Assembly: GCF_009834535.1 (NCBI RefSeq)
Contig: NC_045696.1
Location: 121,770,001-121,834,000 of the forward strand
Direction: 5' to 3'
DNA from: Camelus ferus
Taxonomy: Eukaryota
DNA: 64,000 nucleotides
Within the stretch, counting starts at the first letter, position 1. The number at the start of each line of letters is the position of its first letter. Of the stretch, positions 37,090 through 50,177 are shown one piece after another. A model generated the notes under the pieces. The model did not search any database, was not told where the DNA came from, and worked only from the letters and a program-made list of their open reading frames with translations. The translations under genes and the position numbers were made by a program.

Positions 37090-40000
37090 TAATCACAAAC
37101 ACTTGGGTTTATTACTGTGTTCTCTCTGACATCTCCTGTAGCCAAGGTTTATTTGCTAAAGGAAAAGAAACATTAAAACATTTTCTTTGTTACAAAAGAA
37201 AAGCCACATCCCAGGAAACACACAAAGGCCTTTACCCACCGAGAAGACTATAAAAGGGCACCCCCACCCCACCCCCCAGCCCGTGGGCGCAGCGCCTCAG
37301 ACAGAAGGAAGAGGCTCCAGCAGCCCCAGCCCCTCCTGTTCCTCCCTTAAGACCTGGAGGAGGAAACAGAACGATCTTCATTGACAAACATATCACCCCG
37401 AACTGGAAAAAGTTAAAGCAAACCACATGGAGGGACACCCCAGCCAATTCCCTATTCCAGGACAGCATCCCTGGGGCCAGTCCTGGGCACAGCAGGCTGA
37501 TTTCCATCCCAGGACCATGGACAGCAGGAGAGAGGCTGCTGGGACCCTCCAGGCGCCAACTGGACACAGCAATCGGGCTGCAGTCTGAGACCCCGCCTGG
37601 CTCACAATGCCAGCTCCCAGAGGGCCTGAGCCTGAGCCAACCCAAATTCCCCAAGTGCTCCCCCAGCCCACCCACCTCCGCCCTCCCAGGGGCCAGGAGA
37701 GGGAGCCACCACCACTCAGGTCACAGAAACAGGCAAAGCATCCCTGAGAGACCTCCTGCCAGCTGCTGATCTCCGCGCCCAGCCCACGCCCGGTCTCTCT
37801 TTAGTCTGCACCACCCGCGGCAGAGTCAGGTCGGAATCCTGCAGGGAGAGGGCTGGGAGCTGCGGCCTCCCACACGTAGGACGCCTGTGGACCCCTCGGC
37901 TTTGCCCCCCACCCCACCCCGTCTCCCCGTCCCTTCTCTCAGCCCCTCCGTCCACCTGCTGGCTTGTGTCCTAGCACGCACCTCCCCAGGCCCCTCAGAC
38001 ACAACAGACCCAAACCTGCCCTCCCTCCACCCTCAGCCCGGCGTCTGCCCACCTGACTGGACAACGTCAGGCATGTCAGCCCCTCAGGCCCGCGGCCCCC
38101 CAGGAAGGTGAGGACACCGGAGGTTACACACCCACAGGCTGAGGACCCCCCGGTGGGCGCAGAGCAGGGTCAGGCCCGGCCCCACTTGCTCCAGAGCCCA
38201 TTTCGACAGACCCATCAAATGGACCCGGGATTTCCACCGAAGGATGGGGTGCTCCTCCCAGAAAAAAAAATGTTCCTTTTCCCTTCTGTCTCCCCAGAAC
38301 TTCAGAGTCTTGGTGCTAGCGCTGGCCTGGAAACACCCCTGTGAGCACTGGACTCCAGTCCCAGCTTCTCCCAACGACCCCTGTCGTCCCTAATCTGTCA
38401 CCATCCACCCGTCTGTCCACACTCACATGATCACGCTCCCTGTCTCTGCTGCTGTTCTGTCAGGACAAGGAAGTGAGCATTTCCTCCCAGACCCCCCGCC
38501 TCCTGCAACCCTGAGGAAATGATTCCCCAAAAGAGGAATGGCCAAGGTGAGCTGCTTCTCCCGTGTGTCCTCAGGAGCCCTGGACGCCCAGGGCCCAGAC
38601 GCCGCCCGCCCCGCTGCTCCCCATCAGATAGGTGGGTCGGCCCCATGCACCCTGCGCCCCCCTTAGCCTGAACCCCAGATTGGGGGGGAGGCTTAGATGA
38701 GGTTATTGGTTTGGGGGCACTCTGGCTGGGACGGAGGAGACGGGACTGTGCTGAGGGTGGGTCACAGTTGCAGAAAGCGGCCCAGCATCACCTAGAACCC
38801 CGACTTGCCCTGAGGGGACCTTGCCTGCAGCCCCCCATGGTGGGGGGAAGACCCTGCATGTGCCACATCTCCCCCATCCCCTAGTCAGGTCCCACCCCAG
38901 GGATAACGGCCCAGCATCCAGGGCACCTCAGCAGCCCTTTGTGAAGCCAGACGTGCAGGGAGCAGTCCCCCACCCCTGGCTTCCATGCCTGCAGGTGTGG
39001 GATGCACAGCCCAGAGGGCATTCCCTAAGGGGCCCACAGGGGCCTGGGCTGGCGGTCTCCATGAGCAAAGACCAGGCTCCCAGGGGTCTGATGTGGCCCA
39101 TGAGATGGTCCAACATGTCAGCCCCGAAAACAAGCGGGGCCCAGGCGCCTTTCCTCCAGAGACTCCCCCATGTTTCATCTGCCCACCATCCACCTCAGAA
39201 GCACACAGTCCCCATCACTGATCCCCAGGTCCCAGCAAACAGGAGGGGAGGCAGGCGGGAAGGAAGGACACAGCTTCACCCCCGTATCAGAGACAGTCCG
39301 GGAGTCCCCTGGCAGAGGCCAGTGGTGGACGGTCAGCCTGATTCGGGCTAACTGGGAGCAAGGCTGACACCTCTGCCCCTGCAGTCCAGCCCCTTCTGTC
39401 ACAGCGCAGGGCCCCTTGTGGCCTGGTCCACACCTAGATCTCCCCCAGTCTTGTCCCCCACAGTCTTGATGCAGGGGAGACCCAACTCACAGAGTGGCTC
39501 ACGCCCCAAAGACAGGACATGGCCCACGCTACCTCGGGGCCCAAAGAGGGAGGTTCCCAGCTCTTGCCCCCTCGGGCTGCTCACCACGCAGCAGGTGGAC
39601 GTCCTGTGGCTGGTACATGTCTGGTCACACAGGCCCCTGCGGCAAAGGGACGAGCCAAAAATTGAAGGAAGAGCGGGGGTATTGGCAATGAGGAGGGCGC
39701 GGAGATGGGGTGGCTCAGTCAGGCAGTGAGCTGGGCCTGTGGCTACAGGAACCAGAGTCCTTGATGGAGACACACAGCCCCAGTCAAAGTTCGGGGACCC
39801 TGTGTGACAATAAATCTCCAGCAGACGCTTTGCTTTTTTTCCAGAGACGAGGAAGAGGAAAGGACTCGCACAGGCACAGGAACCAGCATGTCCTGGCCCC
39901 ACCTCAGGCTGTCCTGCCACCGAGAGACCCACCGGAGGCATCAGGAGTCCCCCCACTGCTGGCGGCCCCAACGTTAGGGTGTCAGCCACAGCCACCCTCC

Positions 40001-43000
40001 AAAAAAGCCTGTCTTCCCCTGGTAGCCAGAGCTAGCTGCCTTCCTTGGGCCTCACAGGTAGTGGCCATTGAGTGGCCTCCGTGTCTGCCCTCCCTGGTGG
40101 AGGACAGGGGAGTGAGCAGCACTGCGGGGGCGTCCTCAGTTGTCATAAGACCCTGGGAGTCCAGGTGAACCATAAGGCACTGCTTAGTGACAAACAGCCC
40201 CAAAGACCACAGGTCCTATGAACCCATGAACATGCGCTCACGTGGAACAGGAGTTTCTGCAGACGCAATTCAGTGAAGGGTCTTCAGATGGGGACCTCCT
40301 GGGTTGGCCTCACTTGTGATGACAAGTGACCTGGGAATGGGAGGCAGAGGGAGAGGTGACAGAGAAGCGGGGCCGTGTGACCACGGAGGCAGACAGGGGA
40401 AGGTGGGAGCCCACGGCCACACCCCTGGAATCGCCAGGAGGAAGCGCTGCCCTCCTCGCCCTCCACTCTCACTCCTTTGCACATTTGTATGGCCGACCTC
40501 AGCCAGGACCGCTCCTGGCCCGGAACCAGGGTGGCACAGAAGTGACCTTGCACTTGCGCCTGTTGGCCATGTCCCAGGCTCGAGGTCCATGCCCTGGGTC
40601 TCCATCCTGCCTGTACCTGGCTGCAGGACGCCACCCTTCCCTCTGTGGGCTGTGGTCCCCATGGATGGTGGTCCCCTTGGGCCATGGTCCCCCATGGGCT
40701 CTGGTCCCCTAGGAGCGGTGGCCCCTCCTGCCCTCCGAGGGGCTGGGTCTGGACTGCTGTCTCCCATGGCCCCGCAGCCTGCAGCCCTGGCCCCTCCAGG
40801 GCAGGCCCTCCCAGGAGACACCTTCTCACTGAGTTGGCAAAGCCCTCGTCCTCCAGGAGCTCTGAGCAGCTGGCCCCTCGGAGGGCCTGCTCTGACTTTT
40901 GCCTGGAGACAGGGCTAAGATTGGACAAAGCTGAGGTCATGCCCTGTGATGCCTGGTGGCCGTGGCCAACTATGCGGGCTATTTCTGAATCACTCTGTTC
41001 TGTCTGTCCTGCCACTGACCCCAGGAGCCTGGAGGCCGAGGTGGCCTTGGCCGTGGAGGAGCTGGGGCTGGGGCTGAAAGGGGCTCCATCCTCCATGGGG
41101 CCTGGGCCCCCAAGCAGCACACGGGGGCTTTGTTCTCCAGTCTGAGCCCGGGAAGACCCCCTCCTCCAGCTGGGGCCCGCGGGGCCATCTGGCAGGAATG
41201 GACATGTTTCTCCAGGCCGAGGTGCGGGCTGACGGGCTCCTCCCAGAGTCACTGCCCAAGGGTCGGCCAGTCCACGGTCCTCACCCTTCCCTGGCCATGG
41301 GCCAAGCCGGTCTGACGCCCTGTATGAGGGACCCACCTGCCCTGGCCAGGGCAAGGTGTGCCAGGTCATGGTATATACTGCCCAGACTCGCGGGAGGAAC
41401 CAGGGTGCCTGGGACACCAGGGCAGGGGGGTCACACGCCCCTGTTTCTCTCTCCTATGCCTCCCTTGCTTCTGCTGTCAGTATTTTATCCGTCTTCTTCA
41501 AGATGCGTGCTGTCCCTGCAATAAAGCGGTGCTCACACCTTAGCAGGGGGCCCTGCTCATCGGGGCTGACCCCCAGGTGACCCAGCATCTGCCACCACTC
41601 CTCTCCTGTGGTCCAGTCAATTCTGCTCAGAAACGCCACGGCTGCCGTGATCATGGCCCCAGGAACCCCGAACCCCCTACACAGGCCCTGGTCTTCCCCC
41701 CTCTGCCCACCCCATCCTTCAGAACCCTTTCCCTCAGGACTTGCCATGAAAGGGTCCTTGAGTAGCCACTAAAGGGAAGACACGTGCCCGGGCCTTCTGG
41801 CAAGGGCCTGCTCCTTCACCCCTACGTCTTCCCTGGTAACTAAGGCGCTCCTAGCTGGCTGAGCGGGCGGCACCCTCGTCAGGGCCCAGAGGTTCACAAA
41901 GGCCCCACTCCATGACAGGGCTAGCACCAGGCTCCGGGCTCAGATAGGCAATAACCCCCAGACCAGCAATGCTGACCTCTTCTCACAGCCCACCAGCTGT
42001 CCCCAGGCTGGGACACCTACGTCTGCTCTTGGGTCTCCAATTCCTTACCTCTCGCTGTGTGTCCACTCGCCCAGAAGTCGGGGCATGTGCTGAGTCTGCT
42101 GGACCACACCCCGGGCTGTCCTCCCTGACCCACCCTTCAGCCACACTGGCTTCTCTCTGGTCCTGGACACAGGGCTCACGCCTGTCCACGTGTTTGCATC
42201 GGCTGTTCCCTCCCTCTGCAATGCTGTTCCCCCTGTAATGCCAGCCCCATCCCTCGCCCTCTTCCTGCCTCTGCCCTTGGGAATCCTCAAGGGGCCCCTT
42301 GGACAACCCCACCTGGAGTCCGACCCGGTGCCCACTCTGTCCTTGTCCCCGGCACACACTCTCAGTGCTGTGCCCCTGTGCCCCGGACAGTGCTGGCACA
42401 GAGGACTTCAGAGTAATAAGACAGTATAACAACAGGAGGGATGGGTGACACGACATTCGGACTCCAGGGCTGGCGAGCAGGACGGCGCAGGTTGTGTCTT
42501 CCCGTGATGCTTTTTACAGTGAGCCGCCATCCAGCCGAGAGAAGCAAGGAAGGACCTCACTGTTTCCACGGCTCAGCCTTGCCCAGCCTCTCATTTTTCA
42601 GGAGAATCTCCCGCTCCCCTGGCTCTGGTCCTCACTGGGCAGAGGCCCAGCTGCCTCCACCTGCTCCCCAGTTTCCCAGGCCTCTGGATTCACAGTTTCC
42701 GGGAAAACCTTCCTGGGAGTTGGGGTGGGGATCCGTGCCTGAGTGGCCCGCTCTGCTCCCTCTGTGCTGGTTGCTAAAGCTGGGGATCTGATCACCGAGG
42801 CCCCTCCCCAGCCCCTGGGTCCCCTCTTCCTTCTTCTGTCCTTGGGTTCATAATTCTCCCCACATCCTTCATTTATGCTCACGGTTTAATTAATTTCTAT
42901 CTTTCCTGATTTCTAGTAAGACACACAGAAGCCCCTGGTGTGGACCAAACCCCCCAGAATCCATGGGGAGCAGGGTCTTTCCCGCGGTGGTTCTGGACCT

Positions 43001-44694
43001 GCACCCTCCATCCTGTTACCCAGACCTGAAGGCACAGATTTAATTGCACCTTCCCATCACGGCCAGAGCCCAGGCCCTTCCTGGTGAGACCAGGCCTCGG
43101 CTTGTGCCCCTAGACTCAGCTGTTGGCTTTACCAGCTGTGTTGGTTCCACCTGACCGGCTGGAGCGCCGGGCAGGTCTCTGGCCCACTGATTGCAGGGTC
43201 TGCCTGGACACAGGCTCTCAGGTCCGAGTCACCTCCCTCAGAACCTCCTTCTTCTTAAAGAGAGTTGACAGGAGGCAGGTGGGGGAAAGCACACTTTGGG
43301 TCCCTCTCCCACCAGCCCTGAGGGCAGCTGCGGGCTCTCTTCTCAGGTGGACGATTCTGGAGGCCCTGAGGGAGTCAGCCTGGGTGTCTGACACCCACCG
43401 GGCCATGGGCACAGTTGCCTTGGGGTCCATGAGAGAACTGGGGTGGCAGGTGCGAAGCCCTGTGGCCGCCCCCATGGATGGGGAAGAGCCAGCTGCATCC
43501 CTCCCACCTGTCCATGGCCCAGAGCAGAGCACAGGTGCAGGGGCGGTGACAATTGGCACCATGACCCCATCCCCTCAGCCTGAGGTGGGCGTCAAGCCTG
43601 ACTGCAGGGAGGACCTCCAGCAGCCAGCGGGCAGGGCCAGGGAAATTGCACATCAGTGTTAACAGGTGGGACTAAGAGCCCCGTCAGGGCATCTGATCAA
43701 AGACCCCAAGGACCCAAGGCCACTTCCAGGTCTCTGCATCTCTGGCCGCAGCCCACCTGCACCCCCAGCTCACCTCCACTCGTGCCGCATCTGCAGCTGA
43801 TCACAAACCCTCCCTTTGCCCAACTCTTCCCCCCAGACATTCCCCAGAACCCCTGGCACTGCATCTTCACACCCGTTCCCGGCATGTGGGGTCCTGGCCA
43901 CTCCCTCTGCTCAGACCCTGGGTGGCAGCCCCCGTGGTCCCCATTCTGCCATGAGACAGCCTGGATTCTCTTTCTTCCTTCTTCCCTGGCCATGTGCTGC
44001 CACCTAGGATTTCCATGGGCCACTTTTACCTAGCTACAGCCACGGCTCTCAGAAATGCAGCCAAGAGACGCCTGCACCACGAGGTCTTGAGATGGGATCT
44101 ATTTGGACATATCCTGGCCCTCTGCTCTCCTGGACAGGGCTCCCAGCCGCACCTGTGGTCCCCCACTCACCACCACAAGGGCAACAAGTCCACCTGGAGG
44201 TCAGCAGGTCAGCGTGTATGGAGCAGACAATGAGGACGGACTCTCCGGTGATGGGAATTCCCAGGATCACAGGCATCGAGTGGAGGCTCCCTTATGCTTC
44301 AAGAATGTTCCCAGAACCAGAAATCTGGACAAAGAAGTAGCAGTGTCACCTGTGGCAGCCCTATGAGGACTGGGGGAGGAGCAGAAAGACTCCGGGGCAG
44401 CCCCCAGCCCTCCCCAAATCCAAGCCCGCCCCTTCCTGGCCCAACACCCTCCTGCAAGTCAGGTGTGGCCACATGACAAGTTGGTCAGTGGCCATGGTGT
44501 GTGTGGATCTAGATCCTCCCTGGGGGCCCCTCTTGCTGCTAGGATAAAGATAGGACAGAAACCTGGAAGCCAGTGGTCCCTGGAGGGCTGCCTGGAGGCA
44601 GAGCCCCTGCTGACTTTCCCCACTCAGCACAAGTGTGAGCAACCGCCTTACCGTTTCATATCCTGTCCATTCGTTACCACGATGTCCAGTATCT
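37090..44694 (-). other. Candidate unidentified multi-exon gene or pseudogene, 3' part (exons 44694-44652, 44193-44171, 43253-43133, 40902-40830, 39636-39585, 38456-38427; terminal exon from 37838)
   Basis: AG/GT-bounded exons, most with pyrimidine tracts, in mutually compatible phases. Tandem AATAAA on the minus strand at 37153-37148 and 37113-37108. No protein recognised. Confidence 0.4.
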
Positions 44695-46094
44695 CTGAAA
44701 TTCAGATCTTTTGGGGGAATGGATTCTGAGCATTCTAGTTGCCTGAGTTCCTGCCTCGCGGGGTCTGCCTACCCTTGAACCCCCGCTGAGGCTCAATGCC
44801 AAGGACAAGGAGGGCAGGATGCAATGACTGCGCTCTAGGTAAAGTGGGCTCTGCCCTGAGGTCACTCTCCCAGGTGGCTCTGGGGGCCACTTGCTTGCGG
44901 CTGCCAGACTCACCTCCCTGGGAGATGATGACACCTTGTGAGCTTGAAAGCGCTGTGCCACCCCAACTCCCCAACCCTTCAGGACCAGAAGGTCACCAGG
45001 ACGGGGCCAGTTCTGGGAGGGCGCCGCACTAGGGGTCAGAGCTGGTGCCTTCTTGACAGCTGACCCCACAGGGGTTCAGCCGGCTGCTTGGAGAGGCTCA
45101 GGCGTGCCAGCATGCGGCAAGAAAGACCCTGTCTGTAAGACAGACTTGTACACTTTAACCAAAGTTTGTGATTGTCTGTCTGCTCCTCCACTCACAGCCA
45201 TGGGTGCTGAGGGGGGAGGTGGCACTGCCGATGATGCCTGGTAACAGGAGGGGACACAAGTGTATGTGTGGAATGCAGATCCCAGCCACCCAAGAGGGCA
45301 AGGGAGGGGAGGTGGGTGGCCCCTCTGTGAGCGCCAGGGAGGACCCCAAGCCTTGTCTCTTGGACTGGGGGAGATTGGTCTTCGTGGACATCCATGAGGC
45401 TGGCCTGTTCCCAGGGGTGCGGTCCAGACTCCGCCCTGGCCCTTCAGTTCCCCAGTTCCCCAGTTCCCCAGGCCCTCAGACTGTGGCCTTCTGGCATCTC
45501 TTCCCCAAAAGGACCAGCGCTTCCTAGGGAAGGGCTAAGTGCAAGGAGGGCTGGACAGGAAGCCCCTGGAGCAGTCCTAGGTCACCCTTCCCCCACCACC
45601 ATCTCCCACCTCCCCCTCCATAGCAGTGATGGAGCCTCAGGGGACGCAGTTCCCTGGCCTTGGTGGGGAGCACAGCCCTCCCCGCTGGAGGGAAACTTCA
45701 CTCAGGAGAACAGGCCTCCCCCAGGGACAGGGCCCCCTCGCTCGGCCCAGACCTGCCCCTGTGCACACAAGGGGTCCTGGCCTGGCTCTGCTCTGACAAC
45801 CTGGGTTTCCTGTGGGGCCGGGCGGGGGCCAGAGTGGCCCAGCTCCAGGCTGGGATCAGCCCTTCCGCCTCCCCCGGTGCCAGGGGAACTGACAACACTC
45901 TAACTCCAGAGCCAAGTTGGGGGAACCATTTCCTAGAACCTGGCCTGCCTCCCCTCCCCCGGCTCAACTGATGGTCCGCCCTGGTCGTCAGGGACCTGTT
46001 TACCAGGAGACAGAATGCGCCACAGGGTTCTGAGCCGTCAGTTGTGGCCCACAGGACCCTGGCCTCAGAGGCAGAGCTGTGGGCCCTGGCAGCC

Positions 46095-46917
46095 ATGGGG
46101 GACCTGCTCCCTGCCCCCAGGCCCGCATCCCCACTGATGCTGGAGTGCCAGTGGGGCACTCTGGAAATCCTGACCCTGGTGTTTCCTTGGGGGACCCTGG
46201 TGTGTGTGGCAGGGCTGGTGTTTCTACTACACAGACGGTACACCTCCCAAAGTGGGGAGATGCCAGGTGAGGCGTGCTCCTCCCACGTCGAAGACTCTGT
46301 ACAACAGACCGAGAGCGCTGGACCCACGACCCAGGGCGAAGGAGCCGGCAGGCCACCCGGTGGGGAGGCCAGTCCTCCTCTCTTACAGACTTTGTGTTTG
46401 GCTTCTCTCAACACGAGCGTGAGCAGGCAATTTTCTAAGGGCACCGGGGACTTGGCAGAAAAGACTCGGAGGAGCCCACCTCCTCAACTCCCCCCAAGGG
46501 AGCCGTGAGACCCCCAGCCTCCCAGCACCAGCGAGCACTGGGGAGCAGCTTCGGCCCAGACAGAGGGAGGAAAAGCCTGTTTCTCCACCAAGTCAGGAGC
46601 TGCTGGCCCGGGACATCATCAGATGGAGGCAGCTAGTCCAGGAGAAGGAGGAGGAGAAAGAAAGGCTGTTGGAAGCAATTACCAGAAGGGAGCGGGCCCT
46701 GCAGGACAAAGTCACCCACCTGGAGTCCCTGGCTGAGCACCTGCTGAGGGTCACCCCCCCGGCCCGGGCCCCAGGGAGACGGCGGGAGGGACAGCAGCGC
46801 CAGAGGCCAATGGGGCGTGGGGGCAACACAGGCCCTGGAGGTGGGGGGCCCCGGGCATCGGGCCCCCAGCAAGGAGGAGGTGGGGGCTCAGGGCTCCAGG
46901 CTCACCTGCAGGGGTGA
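46095..46917 (+). pseudogene. Intronless cTAGE5/MIA2-like retrocopy (TM plus coiled coil); single frameshift in a C6 run at 46490-46495, possibly an intact 273-aa gene
   Basis: Kozak gcagccATGG. APRPASPLMLE...FPWGTLVCVAGLVFLL resembles cTAGE5 ATPQPYLGLLLE...FPWELVICAA. SQELLARDIIRWRQLV...ERALQDKVTHLESLAEHLLRV resembles SQKQLLQEAEVWKEQV...EQVLNDKESHIKTLTERLLKM (recalled). AT-rich 3'UTR and A-rich tail at ~47350-47395. Confidence 0.7.
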
Positions 46918-47787
46918 CTCAGCTCCCAGCGCCAGGTCTGACCCCCACAACCACCGCACCACGTCCTCACGTGTGTCCGGGGAGGACCCGTCCATCCAGC
47001 CCTCCCTCATTTGTCCCGGTTGCACATCGATGCCACGGTGTCTCCTGCTAGGAGAGTGTTGTAACTCGCCGGGAGCAGTGTTTAAACGTTAATGTTTTCT
47101 CTTATGTACCCACTTTCCCCATTCAAACCCTTAGGAATATAGTCTATAGTGTTGTATTTTGGTGGAAATTAAATGCCCACTATGATCTAAACCATCCTCT
47201 AAGTTTGTCCGGGTAGAGATGTTGGAGACAATGGGAATTCTCTGCATATTAGCTACTATTTACAATGTAGAAGTAACTGCTGGATATTGACCTGAAGACG
47301 TTTTGGTTGGTTTCAAAACCTAAGCAGAAAACCCCCCCTAAACAAACATTAAAAAAGGAAGAAAAAAAAAAAAAGAAACTGATAAAAAAGAAAATCTTAA
47401 GCAAGACAACTCCATTAAAACTATTTTATTTATATTATTTCTATTAGCTTAGTCTTAATTTATAGTTTGTCCTGAATTCATGAGTAGGTCTGTACTTAAT
47501 TCATAAATGAGAAAATTTTGAGATTTTGCAACCACTCTTTCCTGTTTTGTCATTTCTTGTTCACCTCCCTTGTTTTGTTTAAGATAGTGTTTGTCATTTA
47601 GCATTTCTAAATATCTGCAGTCAAAATTAAAACGTTTTCTTTTGATGTGAAACATACACACAAACAAGGCAGATACTGGACAATTTTAGTTGTTTCATAG
47701 ACCTCAAAAATGTGAGAGTTGCAAATTTCTAAAACTGTTTTAAAATAAAGGTGATTGTAGAGAAACAATTGTGTGCATAGAATTTTA

Positions 47788-48971
47788 TAGAGATACACGT
47801 TTCCTAAATCCAACATACAGAAAGGGAGAGGTCCCTGAGGCCCAGCCCAGATTCCAAGTAGACACCCTCCTGCAGGTGGTGCAGATGCAGAACCTGGGAT
47901 GAAGGCTGTGTCCTGCGCGGGGGCAGAAGGGAGGGGAGACCGAGGCTGGGGCTCCAGGGGCTGCAACAGGGATGTTGTCCCCACCTCTACCCGGGGCCTG
48001 GTGGGAGGAGGGGAGTGGTGTCCTCTGAGTCGGGGAGGGGTCTCTCATGGGTCTGCTTGGGGTCCTGGGTGCTGGCCTACGGGATCATTACAGAGATGGA
48101 GGAGGAGGACGGAGGGGCTGTGCTGGGCGGCTGTGGGGTCAGGGAAGAGGACTGAGAAGACTCAGAACCTTCTAGTGACCGTGGTGCCCTTGGGCACTGA
48201 GTAAACTGGGTGATGACTCTGCAGGAGAGCCCTGGGGGTCTCTGGGAATAGAAGAGTGACCCCTGGAAAGACGCTTCTCTGAGGAGCTGAGTGTGGAATC
48301 AGATGTGTATCTGGACTCTACTTGGTTCCCCCACCCGAATCCTGGGGGTCTCACCTCCCAGCTGCTCCCCCAGCAGGGACTCCCTGGGCAGGGGGGAGGG
48401 ACTGGGGTGCAGGGTGAGGATTCCCACGTGTGACACTCTTGCCCCCTGAGCAGAGCCACTGGGAGGTTCCCCATGGGGACACGAGATGAAATAGGTTTCC
48501 TCCAGCAAGTGCACATCCGTGGAAGGAACAGACTCGGGGATGCAGGTGCCCATGAGTGTGGTCTGGACACGCCCTGCTGGGCCCTGCCCCACTCTCCATC
48601 TGTCTCTGCAGCAGACTAGGGTGGGCGGGAGGTCAGGGAGGGTTCCCTGGAAGAAGTGGTCCTGAGGAAGGATAGGAGTTACCAGCAGCGTTCTTCACCC
48701 GTTAAGGGGCACAGGAGTCCCCTGCAGAACTTGGTACAGAGGAGATCCTGGGTCCCAGGTTCTCAGCTGGTCTGACCCTCACTGTTCTAGGTGGTGATCC
48801 CCAGCCGGGAACAGGCAGGTTTACAAGGATCCTGCATTAGATGATCATGGGGTGGGTGTAGGGGAGGTCAAAGGGGCAGGGATGGGTCTGTCTGGGGCTC
48901 AGCCCTGGCACAGCCTGGCTGCATGAAGACCCTGGTGGGGCAGTTGGAGGACTTGTGAGGCCCGCTGTGCC
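47788..48971 (+). repeat. Direct duplication unit 2 (paralog of 34575-35735)
   Basis: See unit 1. Confidence 0.95.
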
Positions 48972-49812
48972 ACGTTTACTGGACACAAGTACAGCATGGC
49001 CAGTGGAACCCCATGGACATTATACTCCTGTTCTGAGGGCTGGAGGGGCCCTGGGAGCGGTGCTCTGAGCCAGGCACCTCTAGCCAGTGGTTGACATCTC
49101 ATCATAGAGCCAGCCCACAGCTGCTGGAGGCTGGAGCAACCTTGGGAAGTCTGGCTGCATTCCAGCCCCACTGCGTCTTGTCACCCACATCTGTGCCCCA
49201 GCCTAGTCCCCTTCCCAGATTCCAACGCTGTCCCTCAGAGCAGAAATCTTTTCCAACAGCTGCTTGTAAACAGTGTCAGCCTCTGCTGCCAGCCCCCATC
49301 TCTGCCCCTGGGCAGCAGGGGGACATCTTGTCCACTTACAGTCTTCTGTTTCCCAACAGGCAGAGCAAAGCCAGACGCTGGGGAGAGATGGTGCGAGCCC
49401 CGCCTTTCAGCTGGGCTCTCAAGGGTGTAACTGGTGGTGACTGAGAACCGAGTTCCTCAGTTCACCAACTGCCCGCTCTGCACCTCCCAGGTGCTGGGCA
49501 GAGCGCTATGTCCTGGAAATTTAAAGTGAGAATGTCCTGTGTTGTTGCCCTGGTGAGACCACCAAGTCACCCTCCACCCCTCTCATTTATGCTGGGAAAG
49601 GGCTGGGAGCTGCAGTTACAGGAGCTCCATGGATTACAAAATAGTTCTGCTGATCATCATCTATAAAACCTCAGATACTTCTCAGCTTCAGACTCACCAG
49701 CATGAGTCCTGCTGTGTCCTAGAGGTGTTGTTTGTGTCCATTCTATTTCAGACAGTTTTCAAATATCCCTGCAAGGTCTTTGACACTCCTCCCATCAAGA
49801 GGTCTAGTTTTT

Positions 49813-50177
49813 TGTCTTAGCTCAGACGGCTATAACTAAATAACACAGACCAGGTGCTTAAATGGCATTCACTTTCACAATTCTGGAGACTGGAAGTCTG
49901 CGATGAAGGTGCCAGCGTGCTTGGGTTTTGCTGAAAGTCCTCTTCCTGGCTTGGAGATGCCAGTGTCTTGCTGTGTCTTCACATGACAGAGCCAGAGCGA
50001 CGGGGGACAAGCTGTCTGGCATCTCTTAAGGGCACTAATCCCACCATGAGGGCCCCACCCTCATGACCTCATTTAAACATAATTATCTCCCAAAGGCCTC
50101 ATCTCCAAATATCCTCATATTGGGAATTAGGGTTTCAATATACGGATTTTGGGGGTGACACAGTTCAGTCCCTAGCA
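49813..50177 (-). mobile_element. MaLR MLT1A-type LTR nested in an older MLT1 (~49740-50530)
   Basis: tgtcttagctcag...cacaattctggagactggaagtc...gacacagttcagtccctagca. Confidence 0.8.

Noticed and set aside
40284..41417. 377-aa minus-strand ORF as a single-exon gene
   Set aside because: GC-rich chance ORF with no recognisable domain. Only the 73-nt spliced segment looks exon-like.
42048..42300. Strong minus-strand donor GAG|gtaagg as a coding exon end
   Set aside because: The upstream sequence looks like an L2-type repeat remnant and has no convincing acceptor, so it was left out of the exon chain.
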